Counted from the first letter of the stretch, positions 50,101 through 58,948 are shown. The stretch is DNA of 64,000 nt from Tubulanus polymorphus (GCF_964204645.1 NC_134028.1:8494001-8558000); one strand, 5' to 3'. The notes: generated by a model not told the origin, from the letters alone. Numbers and translations are program-made.

Positions 50101-51987
50101 TTTAAGATGATTTTAAAGACCGATTGTTAAGTACCGATACGTGTGTAAGCTGTACCTAGGACCAAAAGTATAAAGTCAAAAGCATATACAATCTCTGTAC
50201 ATTTATGTAGCCTCGTAGAGAAAGTGAAGATACAAGATACAAGTATACAAGTATAAATGTACATTCCTGAAAAAGTAATGTATGGTGGTCTTATTTTTTC
50301 TCAATATTTGAGTATGGTATAAATGTAGAACCCAACTATTCTTAATGTTTACCAGGTAACGAGCAATGAGTTTCTTTATCTTTTTGCATACGGGTGCTCG
50401 TCTTAGTACCAATATTTACCAATGTTAGATAACCGGCGAAATACACTATTTTTGGGTACCAGTATAAACCTAATGAATAGTCCCATATAGATTTTCAAAC
50501 CAATCATATTTGAATCATTTATGAAAATTCGAATTAATAGTACCGGTAATAAGTTTAAGATGAAATTCCTTTTTAGAAATTTTTCCAAGTATTTGGTGGT
50601 GATCTGTGCATTCCTTATAGGCTTGGGTGATTGTTGTTTTAATACTCAGGTTAGTAGGTTATTGGTGTATTGATGTTTTTACTTCGAAAAATGGGAATAC
50701 TCCATGTATTACAAACTTATTGAAGAAGGGGAGGGGAATGATAACGAATAAATGAAATATAGGTGAGCCGCTTCCATAGTCATGGCTTACATTAAGATTA
50801 GTCTAAGACCAAGTCTAAGAGTTCTATAGCCAATTTAACAACTTAAGGCCAGTCTTGTGATTTATGACCCCTTCCAGAGATTAAGTGAACTTTAGAACGC
50901 CCCCCCCCCCCCAGAAGGGGAGGGTAGGGGCATTCGATATGCAATAAATATGAACTGAACTGATCTGTGTTTTTAATATTCTATTATTTTGCAGATATAT
51001 TCAATACTAGGATTTTTATACGCTGAGGACAGTGCTCCGGCTTTTGCCTTGTATCAATTCCTCCAGGTAACAATATCACAAGTAATATATTGTTCTCAAA
51101 ATCTGATATAGCAACAATTCATTCGCACAAAACTCATTGAATTAGATACCAGTTTCACATTTTCTTGTTATATGTATAAAGCAAAATCAGTTAAAATTGG
51201 TTAAATAATCAAACTTGACTCGCGACTGTGGAACTGGGTCCAGTTTACAGAATGCTTCAGTGATCTATTGCTAGCTTTGCATTTTGGTCAATAATCAATT
51301 AGACATGCAACGCTATCCTATCATCATCAACAAACAAAATTCATCACTTACTTCATCATAGTCTGTATATTCTTCCAATCATGAAATCAATCATGAAATC
51401 CGTATGCGGTAAACCTTGCTTAATTCAGACAAGCTGGGACCGGCAAAATGCCTTTTTGTCTGAGTTTGTTAAATGTCCGGGTCTCGCTATACGGGTTTGA
51501 CATCGCTATCAAACCATGGAGCTAGTTTCATAAACTAGTTTTCATTATGTTAGACCCTATATACGTTTTTGCTTGAGTTAAACCTTATAGCACAATGAAC
51601 TACTCAAACCAATCTTAATTGGTCATAACCAATCTTGATTAAGAATTTAAGAACACTTTTGGACTAAATCATGCAACTGGGTCCCTTGGGCCATAGGAAC
51701 TACATGTATATAGGTATTCTATCAAATTGATGCATGTAATGTGTAAACCTTCCATTTCATTTATACATAGACATTTCATATGGAGTAGAATAATCATTTT
51801 CTTATATCGGCTTCAGGCGGTGTTGGCTGCTATTGGCTTTTTCTACAGTACAGCCCTACGGCTCGAGTTTCAGCTACTGATAATGGTCATAGGAACAACT
51901 TTAGGAACTCTGTCTTTTTTCGTGGTCGAGCACTCAGGAAGTGTACATAATCGCAGAGGGTATGCAGAGATAGGTTCCAGTATATGA
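26192..51987 (+). CDS. MFSD11: MFSD11/UNC93-like transporter, copy 2; intron 1 (26291-46683) expanded to about 20.4 kb by nested insertions
   Basis: Exon 1 (26192-26290) is almost identical to copy 1. Exon 2 resumes at 46684 (CAG|GAGACAGTAATCGAAGG), and the remaining exons and introns are colinear with copy 1. Confidence 0.85.
26560..26684 (+). mobile_element. Decayed CR1/L2-clade LINE, 5' part of ORF2 endonuclease (left of the Polinton)
   Basis: Translates as TNADTLTNKLHEL...EVHPKN, the start of an APE-type endonuclease domain. It continues on the right of the Polinton. Confidence 0.6.
26685..26766 (+). repeat. Left terminal inverted repeat of the Polinton
   Basis: AGTAATTAGAAAAGTGGGGTTTCAGATCAGAGGGCGAGAGGGCGAGACACCACTCATCACCACAAGTAA(T)9CCTA matches the reverse complement of 44039-44119 except for T-run length (9 vs 8). 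Confidence 0.95.
26800..31867 (+). pseudogene. Protein-primed family B DNA polymerase (pPolB) with N-terminal Zn fingers, OTU-like and endonuclease VII-like domains and an intein; interrupted by an in-frame TGA (28600) and a +1 frameshift (about 30663)
   Basis: ORFs 26800-28602, 28609-30675 and 30653-31867 are parts of one protein. Motifs: ExoI YGDFES, ExoII FHNLSGYD, ExoIII YLKSDV, PolA YIDANNLYG, PolB KLMNNSFYGK, PolC LYFD|TDS split by the intein, then GKFKDE, RSKMY, KLKG and DDKR. Confidence 0.92.
30346..31411 (+). mobile_element. Intein with LAGLIDADG homing endonuclease at the PolB motif C site (YxD|TDS), about 355 aa after frameshift correction
   Basis: Block A SVTADTPILL, block B VDVTEDHSL, endonuclease blocks GFFMGDGS and GFYAADGS, block F DYVYDLST, block G LIQKN|T. 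Removing it restores LYFDTDSY. Confidence 0.93.
31864..33165 (-). CDS. Zn-finger protein with a C-terminal poxvirus A2/VLTF3-like late transcription factor domain
   Basis: N-terminal C2H2-type fingers, then zinc ribbon CPQC-x13-CVECG, KLNYL and KLTEEDMENIKKIFKQILMYHLENRITDSINYEFFLNKI...EMWNKI. This matches, from memory, the IFK..EN..INYxFFLxKI..W pattern of vaccinia A2. Confidence 0.75.
   Translation of the reverse strand: MEEKIACEICGELLRKSNKARHMKKHDENYKPPKINCPKCNKLFSRNYVKKHSEKCRINGATANVDSKSAEVEPEVIWKRPFLFYDKDNIKDHFCEPCRIKYNPENIEDWENHQFRKAHIDKISNKFETEFNERKNNLLEKIKYEKTLPDNKETVEKLEKQYNELTRKTYYCKYCKLIITTSNSNLHNRTIKHKENVRKYQELNEDLLPINYKRKCPQCSYATLRQEGAVLFCVECGWQKNLWGEEKTRDFLIEPKLNYLDEIFKIFSIEDHTPEYMQWLEKMKIIENKNGEITKKDIIKTIIPSTFNTKQKKMYLYLLFNDYYEKPKLTEEDMENIKKIFKQILMYHLENRITDSINYEFFLNKIVNYLNLDIIIPFDELTNKKKQRERDEMWNKIEIYLNEKNGIEEEPEQLNENEEANSDFEFDDIDFMF
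33234..33986 (+). CDS. Minor capsid protein (penton, single jelly roll)
   Basis: IFVDSR, ISLCNSFYNV, LKPGLY, FYIYCNLI, LEIRNHNGYLIDLNN are typical Polinton/NCLDV penton-like motifs; 250 aa. Confidence 0.72.
   Translation: MVELKEYRIFVDSRRLTNYKSHNLLIQLDREFKNCVDLKLVNISLCNSFYNVTDKSLEHLIFSIFYKKRNKWFFIYLKPGLYNLNTLAQEINRKARAKLGSDSGFNIRILKSASSNKIKIRLDEQFKFTVRKPLGKLLGIAPDIVTAYAEGKSNLIPFTHFYIYCNLIDPTKTFEATKDITCNSGLLNILPLKNVKEFGTQINYNLTECDFKPCIPQFNNFKLEIRNHNGYLIDLNNFPVIYELVIRCKE
34003..34356 (+). CDS. Hypothetical Polinton protein (117 aa)
   Basis: Intact ORF starting at TAAATG within the tightly packed gene block. Confidence 0.6.
   Translation: MNITVGPSICFGFDFKREKEMKFNMNDVITHIKNIAFSNETTFEYETTIDKETFNVEKITNLIRESLRFYELDEDFIIDDIKKIIIEIYTNETSNKINVELIITNLTKYFDDSNFFD
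34360..34581 (+). CDS. Small hydrophobic Polinton protein (73 aa)
   Basis: TAAATG start and two hydrophobic/amphipathic segments. Confidence 0.65.
   Translation: MSDNKWIITGLYNGALLSVGTVGYSMVLKKVFKMGSVNVDRFDINDILKLTLAVTLSNLTIDYLEKQKYIPPI
34606..35028 (+). CDS. Putative virion membrane protein (140 aa; hydrophobic N-terminus, coiled coil, C-terminal TM)
   Basis: MASAIITIIGSAIVNALAFTGGGYLF...EQRRHNLALE...IIWILGGTVIVIFVAY; TAAATG start. Confidence 0.7.
   Translation: MASAIITIIGSAIVNALAFTGGGYLFKHIDKNSSLGEQRRHNLALEKYNKDAEEYREKRQNYMDYINKELYDQKISHRDFQSVDDAMSLYNAVTNKEKLHLYKPKLSDYYTPSKEQQKYEIIWILGGTVIVIFVAYKFTN
35048..35482 (+). CDS. Two-TM membrane protein (144 aa)
   Basis: Hydrophobic hairpin IIYYLIISGSVTISSVITFLAIF / LAISIGVLGLSSSVLTGI flanked by coiled-coil-like segments; TAAATG start. 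Confidence 0.7.
   Translation: MEDKVDSIDIIPHDINKTKLKTYLKKQILEFESDLKIKKKKYLKSKIIYYLIISGSVTISSVITFLAIFSPLTPLAISIGVLGLSSSVLTGISSKLNIKSNKEKIKSNIKEINKLKNTLDYIISLNGHITVEEQDKLLKELINY
35499..36887 (+). CDS. Hypothetical Polinton protein with C-terminal TM anchor (462 aa)
   Basis: Intact ORF with conserved-looking blocks WQNQLNFAVYCATTGCGIS and FRFHTYFQIR and a C-terminal LAITCIGIVIGGILYF. Confidence 0.75.
   Translation: MVESFPKTFRYNKSIKYNIPAIDFNKDITYRNEVLNSLIDLYIYVTESNNFNAKMENIFHVYLINFKKLKDEKQWLLKSNMKYWQNQLNFAVYCATTGCGISWNDHLNNSKYKLIQSLFRFHTYFQIRIILNELECALPGSRYFKELDNNINLSKFYKICNEFNIDINNSDFRIKIGTIRSLPCPRKIAEYCALPIPSNSFYNIYNKKLGYGKIETKDLETLNFNKLPKFYDNLKQENNNGWVYFILENSEGFTKSGIERINQSIRTYLICILGSQVETRSPIIGNLNTSFDTQKQFKVLFEDSIHNDKNRSIPENIIRYQNYLDKSHVRLNYCIGPNLLIISNDLVLKMGNIIGYNNLIKTATINNSFGLNDINKKIITAPKLMEGEKNKKHIQSTETKTKNIKLVNDSKIKDYNTSENNRTNNIQHDIIKLNDDNKSHENTKLAITCIGIVIGGILYFKF
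36905..38467 (+). CDS. Coiled-coil protein with C-terminal multi-TM region (520 aa)
   Basis: Acidic N-terminus and long heptad region, followed by EGITILSIVTAVTMLFTTIGLAI, a P/T linker, ALPGVIASIVGFIL and IILFLITVVSAIIFGLV. Confidence 0.75.
   Translation: MEVEGVEDIGMDPFDKPGITDEQPPNFDETSFNDGNETAYNSNLTTPQFIDKARSKISIENEVPEITEKEYNYNEFINDFKPLFEESGYNINERGARLLVKDLKYLDGEYYYYLDGDNLNGEFYINISYKNQNKILAESTLIKLEPDRIKRISNSNEITVVTQEEIDHFKKLFKKRINELFNKIYDNLEPEMEENRNRLDRLRSSTPETSRRDTQPIDNDSSQLQLQLQLEKQINRLSDSEEEMNSTGINRLQYLLEKGFLNLTDEELEAFPEQIRREIKGIQVSADEIANIKMRFSKITMLEKELTNADEELKQLELNRDLNVIYEADYESRKLALVKEIDDLEYNIKLQKEERDILLKSYDLNHIKKLKVIFKDLLIKPDSEISLKDRIRLLFKLEGITILSIVTAVTMLFTTIGLAISNALKSTPTPTPNKPDKPPGNNSIQDKVKDGLKKLAKYLWELSKKSAAALPGVIASIVGFILKSAGNILNFAAEHIILFLITVVSAIIFGLVNMISKNIK
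38522..39769 (+). CDS. Probable major capsid protein (double jelly roll)
   Basis: 415 aa and beta-rich (LYVRIP, LSADIKV, IKKLTIKIG, IIFEITFA, LSNICLEY, INENINFPRRSIKGILIFF, ALWLDFRT). It lies next to the integrase and ATPase and is the only soluble ORF of MCP size. Assignment is by pattern and context. Confidence 0.7.
   Translation: MSGSYISPSKNHRISNAIKAERSHHIITHNPSNINPDETLYVRIPRLTQNTFYVPNSIYLSADIKVTGHDNNYVVDNVGRYLIKKLTIKIGPETVFSLDDYNLFMHYKDLWLTKENRNNMIFQGIQSENHNKLRSEANNAVVTRATDNLIKKIYGSKYKIPLDFELINNNAPLYKYAIQEDIIFEITFAPVNEIVLSSVVKDMGYKLSNICLEYNTVTNENIASTIQTQYNQGFSLLYDYIDKFKTVTINANDEIINENINFPRRSIKGILIFFTIATYSNGAINVDNYYNPEITKVEITIEGIANKIFCQGMRMIDQWVEIKKHFMNEKVKSFENCNINQIDYYTGNKYALWLDFRTTEDNSLHGSGKKLQNTKDGIQLFMKKNKGIKNFKMHIYIISDAQLNIVNSQLDSIQY
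39800..40927 (+). CDS. Retroviral-like (rve) DDE integrase with C-terminal chromodomain
   Basis: Intact DDE in WQGDLID, IQFDDGKEF and VVERFNRT, plus IDIFSRY and YNNSYHSSIGMKP. Chromodomain YKIEKVLK...LVKWVGWPDKFNEWI. Confidence 0.95.
   Translation: MGGKKSPNTKEQYLRNLYYNPESSVAYSSTKHIWRQVKQDKLDKIIPQNLVKYKDINEFMLEQPTYTTHKKIVRKYETRKTMVSYVDQQWQGDLIDRKNVKKDNDDYWWLLNIIDIFSRYVWSFPLYRKDAAQTSHVLRKFLSDDKLKPEKIQFDDGKEFDNSLVHELLDNHNIKYFSTKSDKKAAVVERFNRTLRTRMWKYFTANNTFKWIDVLPKLIEGYNNSYHSSIGMKPIDARKSENAEIVWNNLYGAFLIDDFGEPKFKVGQNVRISKYKKIFDKGYDRNFTREIYKIKKVITTKPYVYKLEDLDGEEVDGYFYEEELSLTTENLEQEYKIEKVLKTKTIKRKKYSLVKWVGWPDKFNEWILSSKIKNI
40928..41536 (+). CDS. A32/FtsK-like genome packaging ATPase
   Basis: Walker A GVTNCGKT, Walker B LFIIDD, SGRHFG and LNQKY...REN motifs. 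Confidence 0.9.
   Translation: MNKELLIFEPHNMLISGVTNCGKTYFILHLLETVYENYFDNIVLFCPTYEFNQTYDRNITRNNKFIILDPKTVKENLDNCIKIAIDIYKGSNTLFIIDDCANLHDSKIRESELCYLAFSGRHFGITTWVLNQKYNSIVKDFRENIRFLVLFYNKDRKSMKNALEENDIIPHDLHNEYMDELKNIKRSKLLFRLQHPFKYEFI
41548..41788. repeat. Intergenic array of direct and inverted (T)TCTAGTT repeats
   Basis: 11-bp units TCTAGTTGAAT/TCTAGTTACAT/TCTAGTTAAAT lie within larger repeated blocks. TTGTTAATCTAGTTG and CAACTAGATTTAACAA are near-inverted copies. Confidence 0.8.
41821..42426 (+). CDS. Hypothetical Polinton protein (201 aa)
   Basis: Intact ORF with TAAATG start and a hydrophobic segment near the C-terminus. Confidence 0.7.
   Translation: MVGEKKIKSKNGDVPIEKTLDNLGITETKLTPDDGVLNNVTTNNNYEYYLYCKHQLEILIASGKCKNFVSKNLTYNELDTMKSDEIIKLFKIYEAARTARINDAISENVVKGYSKLCNYILPIEDENRLYSDLKNDYLVMTELNKWIGYLSFQLGGFMTLLSTGVITFSNIESKNISIINERGERSEGINCEEKTENSETN
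42359..42727 (+). CDS. Basic single-TM protein (122 aa)
   Basis: TAAATG start overlapping the previous ORF; TM segment YLYFTVGFVIVFILIGCSW. Confidence 0.65.
   Translation: MSEVKEVKELTVKKKPRTQKQIEWSRQLGIKSQEYKKAVKEKISNKNVNKNGENIVISTPSDSRIFDKYLYFTVGFVIVFILIGCSWYKKSNKIHNISNSEPTAIKNESTSEIPKLIIKKMD
43096..43337 (+). ncRNA. Candidate structured non-coding RNA (at least four hairpins)
   Basis: 20-bp stem 43181-43233 and 19-bp stem 43286-43337 have near-identical loops. Further stems at 43096-43168 and 43240-43265. All non-Watson-Crick pairs in these stems are G-U on the + strand. Confidence 0.5.
43708..44034 (-). CDS. Small Polinton protein (108 aa), possibly OB-fold ssDNA-binding
   Basis: Starts at a TAAATG directly inside the right TIR; KILKLEKIKTKYGEKV...FKVFLP pattern. 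The fold is inferred only. Confidence 0.6.
   Translation of the reverse strand: MGDRKAFLATINNRIKPAKKQFEIKKLVDVTKEIEHKILKLEKIKTKYGEKVSANLSYCNVSTSREFKVFLPDKWVSLSTEELKDLVGFKIIYHGKNEDGHHDLEIVD
44039..44119 (-). repeat. Right terminal inverted repeat of the Polinton
   Basis: Reverse complement of the left TIR, followed by the TSD GGTGTA. Confidence 0.95.
44120..45770 (+). mobile_element. Decayed CR1/L2-clade LINE ORF2 (rest of endonuclease and RT start), right of the Polinton
   Basis: Broken-frame motifs IICGDMN, PEIDWN, FLTQHV-DQPTR, SPGPD, ELSVELCLPLAILFEKSL, PSDWK, QHSFV, CQTNL and VDSIYIDFE*VFDRVP, with many stops and frameshifts. Confidence 0.8.
48876..49128. mobile_element. Foldback/MITE: near-perfect ~250-bp palindrome in an intron of MFSD11 copy 2
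   Basis: TAATGGTGGCCGATTCAGACAATTCGTACCGTTATGAGAAACAACACAAGACACCATTTCGTTGC... is mirrored at 49060-49128. The central AAAAAATGGCGCCTGGAAACTGTAAAAAGGCTTA|T|TAAGCC... is also palindromic. Confidence 0.8.
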
Positions 51988-53154
51988 AATGATCAAAGCA
52001 CCAAAAATTTCTTCCAAAACGACTCTTTATATATTTTTTGCACGGCAAATAAAATTTTATAAGAAATGAAATATATTGATATTTGTAATTATGTATTTTT
52101 AATGTGTTCTAAAAATAAAACTGTCCATAATATATATCTTCATTTTGGTTTCGTCCCATTCACTGGATTTTAAATTTGGATTTGTCTTACTGGTATATAA
52201 ACCAGATTCATTTATCAGATCACCTGTTCAGTGGTCTTCACAAGAGGTAGTGTCAGTAGAGCCTGTTCCACAGTTTGCTAGTAGATTTGACTACAGGACC
52301 CAATTCCACGGATACCGGTTAGAATATCAATCCATAATATTAATCTAGAGTTAAAGCATTGGAAACGATCTGATTTTGACGAGGAAATCAAACTTGACCA
52401 GAACCGCGGACCCGAGCCTGCAGACTGATTGAACTATAAATGAACTATTTCAACTCGAGAACCTATGGAAGAAGTAAAACCTCGGTTCAACCCAATTCAA
52501 CCACGCCCACTTGAGTTAGGCGCAAGATTGGCCAGGTTATCAACATCCCTCAGTCTAGAGATTTAACCCAGTTGATGGGACCGAGACCTTTGAAACCAGA
52601 CTTGCCCCACGATAGATACATAGTCCTGTATTAGACTAACCAAGAATTACAGTAAACATCGTTTTACTCGCACACGGACAAATCTAGCCGGTTCCTGTTC
52701 GTTTGAGTTAAGCAACGTTAACTGTAGTTCGTTTCAATTATTTCGCTCATGGTATACCGTGAGAATGAAATTTTAACCAACACTCACGGAATATTTGAGT
52801 ATTAACCTAAATTCATCAGTGCAATGTTTTAAGAAGAACTCGAAAACTTATATTATATATATCATGTTTTATTTTATACTGATGTAAAGCGCACTGATAA
52901 CACTTTGTAGGAGTGCGCTATGTAAGAAAATAAATTATCATTATTACTATCAAAATAAATTATCCCAGATTGCCAAAACACGTAAATTGCAGTATAAGGT
53001 TATACGTATGTCTAATATACATGTACGTATTCGTTGAACAAATATGAACTTTCATGCCAATGAGTTTGTATTCGGTTAATTAAAAGGGGACACCTTATCA
53101 TTAGAACTGACCATAGCTTAACTTGACTTGTAGTTAATAGCGACATATAGAATT

Positions 53155-56100
53155 ATGGCGGAATTCTGCGATATCCGACTGGCTCGAATTATCGTTCTTG
53201 GACTATCATTCACGTTGATCTTTACTGCGTTTCAAACATGTTGTATGATTGAGGTATTCATAGATTTTAAATTGGTTTGGTTTTCTTCTGGAGATTTATT
53301 GTTCTATTTGGGTGTTGCCTCTGAGCCACAGATGTTTCACTTACTCGATTCCTCTATCGGGTCTGACTTGATTCGTTTCAACGGTAACTGTTTTTGGGCT
53401 CTTTTGATCCGTGATCAAGTTCCGCAGTTGGAGGCTGAAATCATGTAAGTCGGGGCTTTGTTCACAGGTGCGGGTTTAGTTTCAGATATACAGATTTGCA
53501 GGTTTGATTTTGTGACCCTAGTTTTAGTAGTAGGGGTTAATCTCGACAGGACTTAAAGGGTTTTCTACTTTGTGGACCAGTTTCCGGGAATTTGATTTGT
53601 CTTAATGACTTTTTTACATTTGAGTTACCCACCAGGTTATAGTCATTCTATATCAGTTGTGGGTTGAGATAAAGTTTCATTTTGCAGCAAACGGTTATCG
53701 AAGGTGCAATTAACGAACCAAACAGTACATTCACTGGAAACGGATATACAAGGTTTGTCCAATAAGATAAAAACCCACTATAGACAAATTAAAAGAATTT
53801 TAAAATCGAGAATTCATTTAATCAAAAAATATAAAATATAAAATACACGACCCTAAAAATCATCGTCAGGTGTGGTTTTAACGTTTGTTCATTTAACCAA
53901 CAATTGACCTGCCTTCTTCAATCTTGATGTCAGGAATAGTTTTCTGGAACTTGTCTTTAACATGTTGCGTTTCATTTTGTATTCCAGCTTGGCAATACTC
54001 TATGTCGCGTTTGCTGTAACAAATTGGGCGGCTCCGTCAATCATAAGTGTCTTAGGCCTCAAGATATCATTGATCGCATCTGGCGTTATTTACGCGTGGG
54101 TATTCTTATTTGATTTAGAGGATTGAAGTGAAACACATTTGAAATTACCGATTTTTGTTCCGTTATTCTTTCAGCTTGTTCATAGCTTCATTTTTGAAAC
54201 CAATGACCTGGGCACTATACACCATGTCAGTCCTTGTGGGATCTGCTGGAGCAGGTCAGTAGTGTTTCTGTGTTGAATATCTTCAGCGTGTGAAAACAAT
54301 ATGTATAATCTGGACAGCCACGATTTCCTTGAACTATATGATTAAGCCTATCATTCGACTAGCCGATGCGCAAAATTTTGTGATGTATCTCTGAAGCAAA
54401 AATACCGTGGAATAACGAACACGGTATCGGGGTTAAACTATATGTTTTTAATTCATTTCAGTTTTATGGACGGCACAAGGAAGTTACTTGACAATAAATT
54501 CTGATTCAGTTACAATACCGATAACAAGTGGCATTTTCTGGGCATTGTTCCAGAGCAGGTACTGTGGGACGTTTTATTTGTTTCGGAATCGAATTCCTGT
54601 TTAAAAACGTGAAAATTGAAGAAATCAGAAATTGAAGCATTATCATAATAATAATATCATGAATAATTTATCGTGAAAACTGTACAAATTCTTCACTCTC
54701 GAACGTTTTCAATAGCGATTGAAGGAAATCCATCACTGGACTCCTTTCTCGCTGTGGCTGGAGAGTAATGAACTGAAATGGTCCGGAAATTGAGAAAATA
54801 CACTTACAATGAAAATGTCTCTATTTTTCAGCATGTTGTTCGGAAACCTGTACGTCTATTTTACTTTCAAAGGCAATATAACGGTGGATGCCGAAACCAG
54901 GACTACGTTATTTTCAGTATTTACAGCAGTTTGCGCGGCGGGCGTTTTGACTTTCACGATATTGTTTTGTTTGAAGGATCGGAAAGAGAACGTCGAATCT
55001 GCACAATCGGAAAAGCCAATCAATTCAGTGTATGTCTCTGATCTACGTATGTACAGGCTGTCCCGTAAAAAATGTCACTCAGGTTTGATTAGTTCTAGTT
55101 AATTCTAATACACAGAGTTATGTACTTCAATCAATTTCTTCTATAATGAAGCCATAGGATGTTTACTTCATACTGAAAAACTTTCGTGGAAAATCACTGA
55201 TGCATCAATTAGGACCTAGAAGTGGTGATCGACAAAGTGTCAATTTGGTCATTTATTTCAATTATTCCAACTATAGCACTTGAATTATGAAAAGAGTTGC
55301 CGATTGAAACAATTCATACGTTAATCCCAAAATTGTTTTAATGAACTGCAACCGAGTGTCTCAATTTTGTACTTCGATTTAAACAAAAAATTCGACCGCC
55401 GATCACACAAGTATATCTGTTCTTCGATTTCCGATATCAAAATCAAACCCTCTGTTTCGCTCCAGGCCGGTGTGGTGGGTTTGTAAGGGAAACCAACTCA
55501 AAAAAAAATCAAACGAAATCTATCAATCAAATGAATAACAGGGTCAATCCCTATTTTAAGATAATAGAAACCCAAAACCTTAACCATTTCACAGCAGTGA
55601 ACATCCACTGGCTTCATTCTAGACCAAATTAATCAAAGTACATATAACTAAGTTGATAACAAACTAAGTGAAATTTCCTATGGTACACCCTTTACACATA
55701 ACGTATCATTCCCCGGATTTTTTTTTCCAAATGACTTTTTTCCTTCCACAGCAAACAAGACGACCGCAGTCCAGGCCCAGTACAAGCCCTCAGTGAGTTG
55801 AACCATTCACTTTCGAATACATACTGTCGAACTGCATCTATTTCTTGCTTTTTCTTATTCGTTTATTTACAGAAAAATCATTTCAGTTATTCATAACAGG
55901 ACGTATGCTGCTGCTCAGTATTACATTTGGATTTACGGGTATGAATAAACTTATTAGGATAGTCTTTTCGCGCTGATCACATTTCTATGAATAGGAAGAT
56001 GTCATACATTCTGTAAACCATATGCCAAGAGGCAAACACTTTGGATTTTTCACGTTATATTTTACATATATACAAAAATATTGTTAACAAGTTTCGGCTA

Positions 56101-57748
56101 ACCAATGTTGCCTTCATTAGAATCTGAATCACGATCGGTAAGCTTCAAATCAGTAACGGCGTTTTGGACATATTTTACCTTAACTGCCCCTACGCAAATG
56201 CGCAATCCCTATTGCCAAGAAAAGTTATCGCTGCAAATCCATCCTTGATTTTCAATTTCGATATTCAGGTCTTTCGCTCACATTCTTCAGTGGTGTTTAT
56301 GGAACATGCGTCGGTCATTCGAAACGGTTTGGTACCGATGCTAAAGGTCTGATCGGAATTTGTGGAATATTCATCGGAGCTGGTGAAATTCTCGGTAATA
56401 TTTTCTAAGTGATCTTCAATAATAAGGAACTCGCAATAAACGTATTTCTATATTTTTCTATCTGTGTTAATCAGGTGGCACTCTTTTTGGCATATGCGGT
56501 AAATGGATGAAACGATTTGGTAGAGATCCGATCATACTGTTTGGTTTTCTCGTAAATATAACGACGTATTATCTGATATTTTTGAATCTTCCACAAATGT
56601 CCCCAATTGAGGATACCTACGGCGCCGTGTATGTGGATTTTGGGTGAGTACGCCATGCTCATATTCAAATTTTCAGGAACATTTTATATGAATATATTTG
56701 ACTTGAATTGTGTCCGACTGATCGTACGTATTTCCAAGCCGTTGACAAACAGCGCAGCTGGAATATCTATCGTTTCTGTTTTGTAGTTGTTAATTGTATG
56801 ATTGGGAAAAACAATCTTTATCAAATCTTGAGACGGAATTTATTTCAGATACTATTCAAAGCATCTGGCGGTAATCTGTGGATTTCTAGTGGGTTTGGGC
56901 GACAGTAGTTTTAATACACAGGTATATAAAACAAATAAATTCCTGATAAAAGGCAAACACATTTCATGATCCTTCGATACTCGAGCGTGAAAAAATATCT
57001 TCTACCATCAGTTCATTGAGCATTTAAGAATGAATCAATCTAACTTACATAACATTTGAATCTTTGCATCGTTATGCCTATCTGTATGTCTGTATATATT
57101 TTGATTACGTCGCAACGTAAAATACAATGATTATATTTGTATATCAATGTAAAAACCATCATTATGAACTGTATCTATCTTCATTATCCTAAAATATCTC
57201 GTAAGAGATATGGAAGTACTACGTATTTTTACCCAATGGGATAAAACCATGAAATTTACCCCACAACATAACGCTGCCCAATCACTTAATTTGGTATTTT
57301 TCAGGTTTATTCCATTCTCGGGTCACTATATCCTGATGACAGTGCTCCTGCATTTGCACTTTATAAATTTTTTCAGGTAACGTTCACCTTTGTTCCTAAA
57401 TATATACTTACCGATTTCCGATGGAAATTAACAAGTTCTTTATCTCCAATGAAATCCTGAAAAATTAAAAGTTAGACAGATGATGGGTAATATGACGCAT
57501 ATGAACAATGCATTTTTCATCTATAGCTGTTTTGATTTTCTTTTTTTGTCTAGTCTTTGTTCACTGCCGTTGGATTTTTCTACAGTACAGTCCTAGAGCT
57601 TCAATTCCAGCTGTTGATTATGGTCATAGGAACGACTACAGCAACTCTGTCATTTTTCGTGGTCGAATGGTCAACGATCAAGAAAATTAGCGGTGAGTGT
57701 GAATATAAGTTCTGGGAAGGGATTGTCGAAAGTAATGAACTGAAGTAG
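53155..57748 (+). CDS. MFSD11: MFSD11/UNC93-like transporter, copy 3 (3' end uncertain: GTGAGT donor at about 57693)
   Basis: Same exon series (MAEFCDIRLARIIVLG, LWTAQGSYLTINS, FFSGVYGTC, GLGDSSFNTQ, DSAPAFAL, AVGFFYST) with GT-AG boundaries. Confidence 0.85.
55051..55695. mobile_element. Possible old Tc1/mariner-derived non-autonomous element
   Basis: TACAGGCTGTCCCGTAAAAAATGTCACTCAG has a diverged inverted counterpart at about 55664-55695. The block is absent from the paralogous intron of copy 4. Confidence 0.4.
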
Positions 57749-57950
57749 TTGTATTCGTATGGCTCTTAGTGATTCGAGCTCATTCCCCGCTCATTTGATC
57801 CGTTCAAACTTCGTGTTAAATAAAACATTCGTCGAAAATGTATTCAACTTCGCACGTACGTGCGAGATTTGGTATATTTTCAGTATATCATTTCGCGAAA
57901 AGAAAAATATTGAGTTATTGAGTAATTAACAAAAATTGAATTGAAAGATA

Positions 57951-58948
57951 TACAGGGTGTCCCATTAATTACTATACATAAAGAACTGCCTGTCATTTTC
58001 AAACCGTTTGAGATAAATCAGCCAAATCTTCAGGAGAGATGGACTACAATAATACTTTTCACCACAAAAAATTACTTTACTATAATCCAATTAGTTTACA
58101 AAATATGCTAGATGGGAGAACCTTTCAATTTTATCACTTGATTCAGTCTATTGTTGAAATTTCTCAGTACGTCGCCAATCATCTGTGTTATTGCAGATGT
58201 TTCTCTTGAAATCATCAATAGTTTCTGGTTTGTTTTGGCACACTGTGTCCTTCAGCTAGCCCCACAAGTCCAGTGGATTTAGGTCAGGCGAGTATGGGGC
58301 CCAGTCGTTTACAGTTTGCAGCGCTGTGATTCTGTCACCGAAATGCCTATGCAGAACATCAATTGTTTTGCGTGCTGCAAGACATTGCGCACCATCCTGT
58401 TGGAACCACACTGGATTGAGACTTCCTCTAGACGAAGTTTTGTAATAGAGTACTGAATCGGCATCTTATGATAGCCGGCTCCATTCATAGTCAGCATTTC
58501 CTTTTTAGTCAAAAAAGTATAGGCCGATTATAGGCCCACCGGATGACCTCTGCATGACAAATCGAAAGATCTCACCTCGTAGACAACAGACAGCTCACTT
58601 GATGACTTGGCAATCAAATAGGGATTCTTAACCCCAAAATCTATGGAACATCTGATATCTACTGATAGAAAGATTTGGTTTCCTAAAACCAGCATACCAT
58701 CTAGGCTTTTTGTTTCAGAGATATAGAAATGATTTAACAGTGATCTGTTCTAAATCAGAATTACACAAAATCACTACAACAATGTAATCAATTGCTAGGA
58801 AATCACTAAGCATATTACCATAGAAAACCACGAAAATAATCAAAAAGTACCGTTACATTCTATCATTTGGTGGAAAATCAAAACATTTCATTAAGAAATG
58901 TGGATGATACAGGCAGTTCTTTACGTATAGTAATTAATGGGACATGTA
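57951..58948 (-). mobile_element. Internally deleted, decayed Tc1/mariner-superfamily DNA transposon
   Basis: TIR TACAGGGTGTCCCATTAATTACTATACATAAAGAACTGCCTGT is mirrored at about 58909-58948. Minus-strand remnants include WFQQDGA and WAPYSPDLNPLD-W..LKD.V, with stops. Confidence 0.85.
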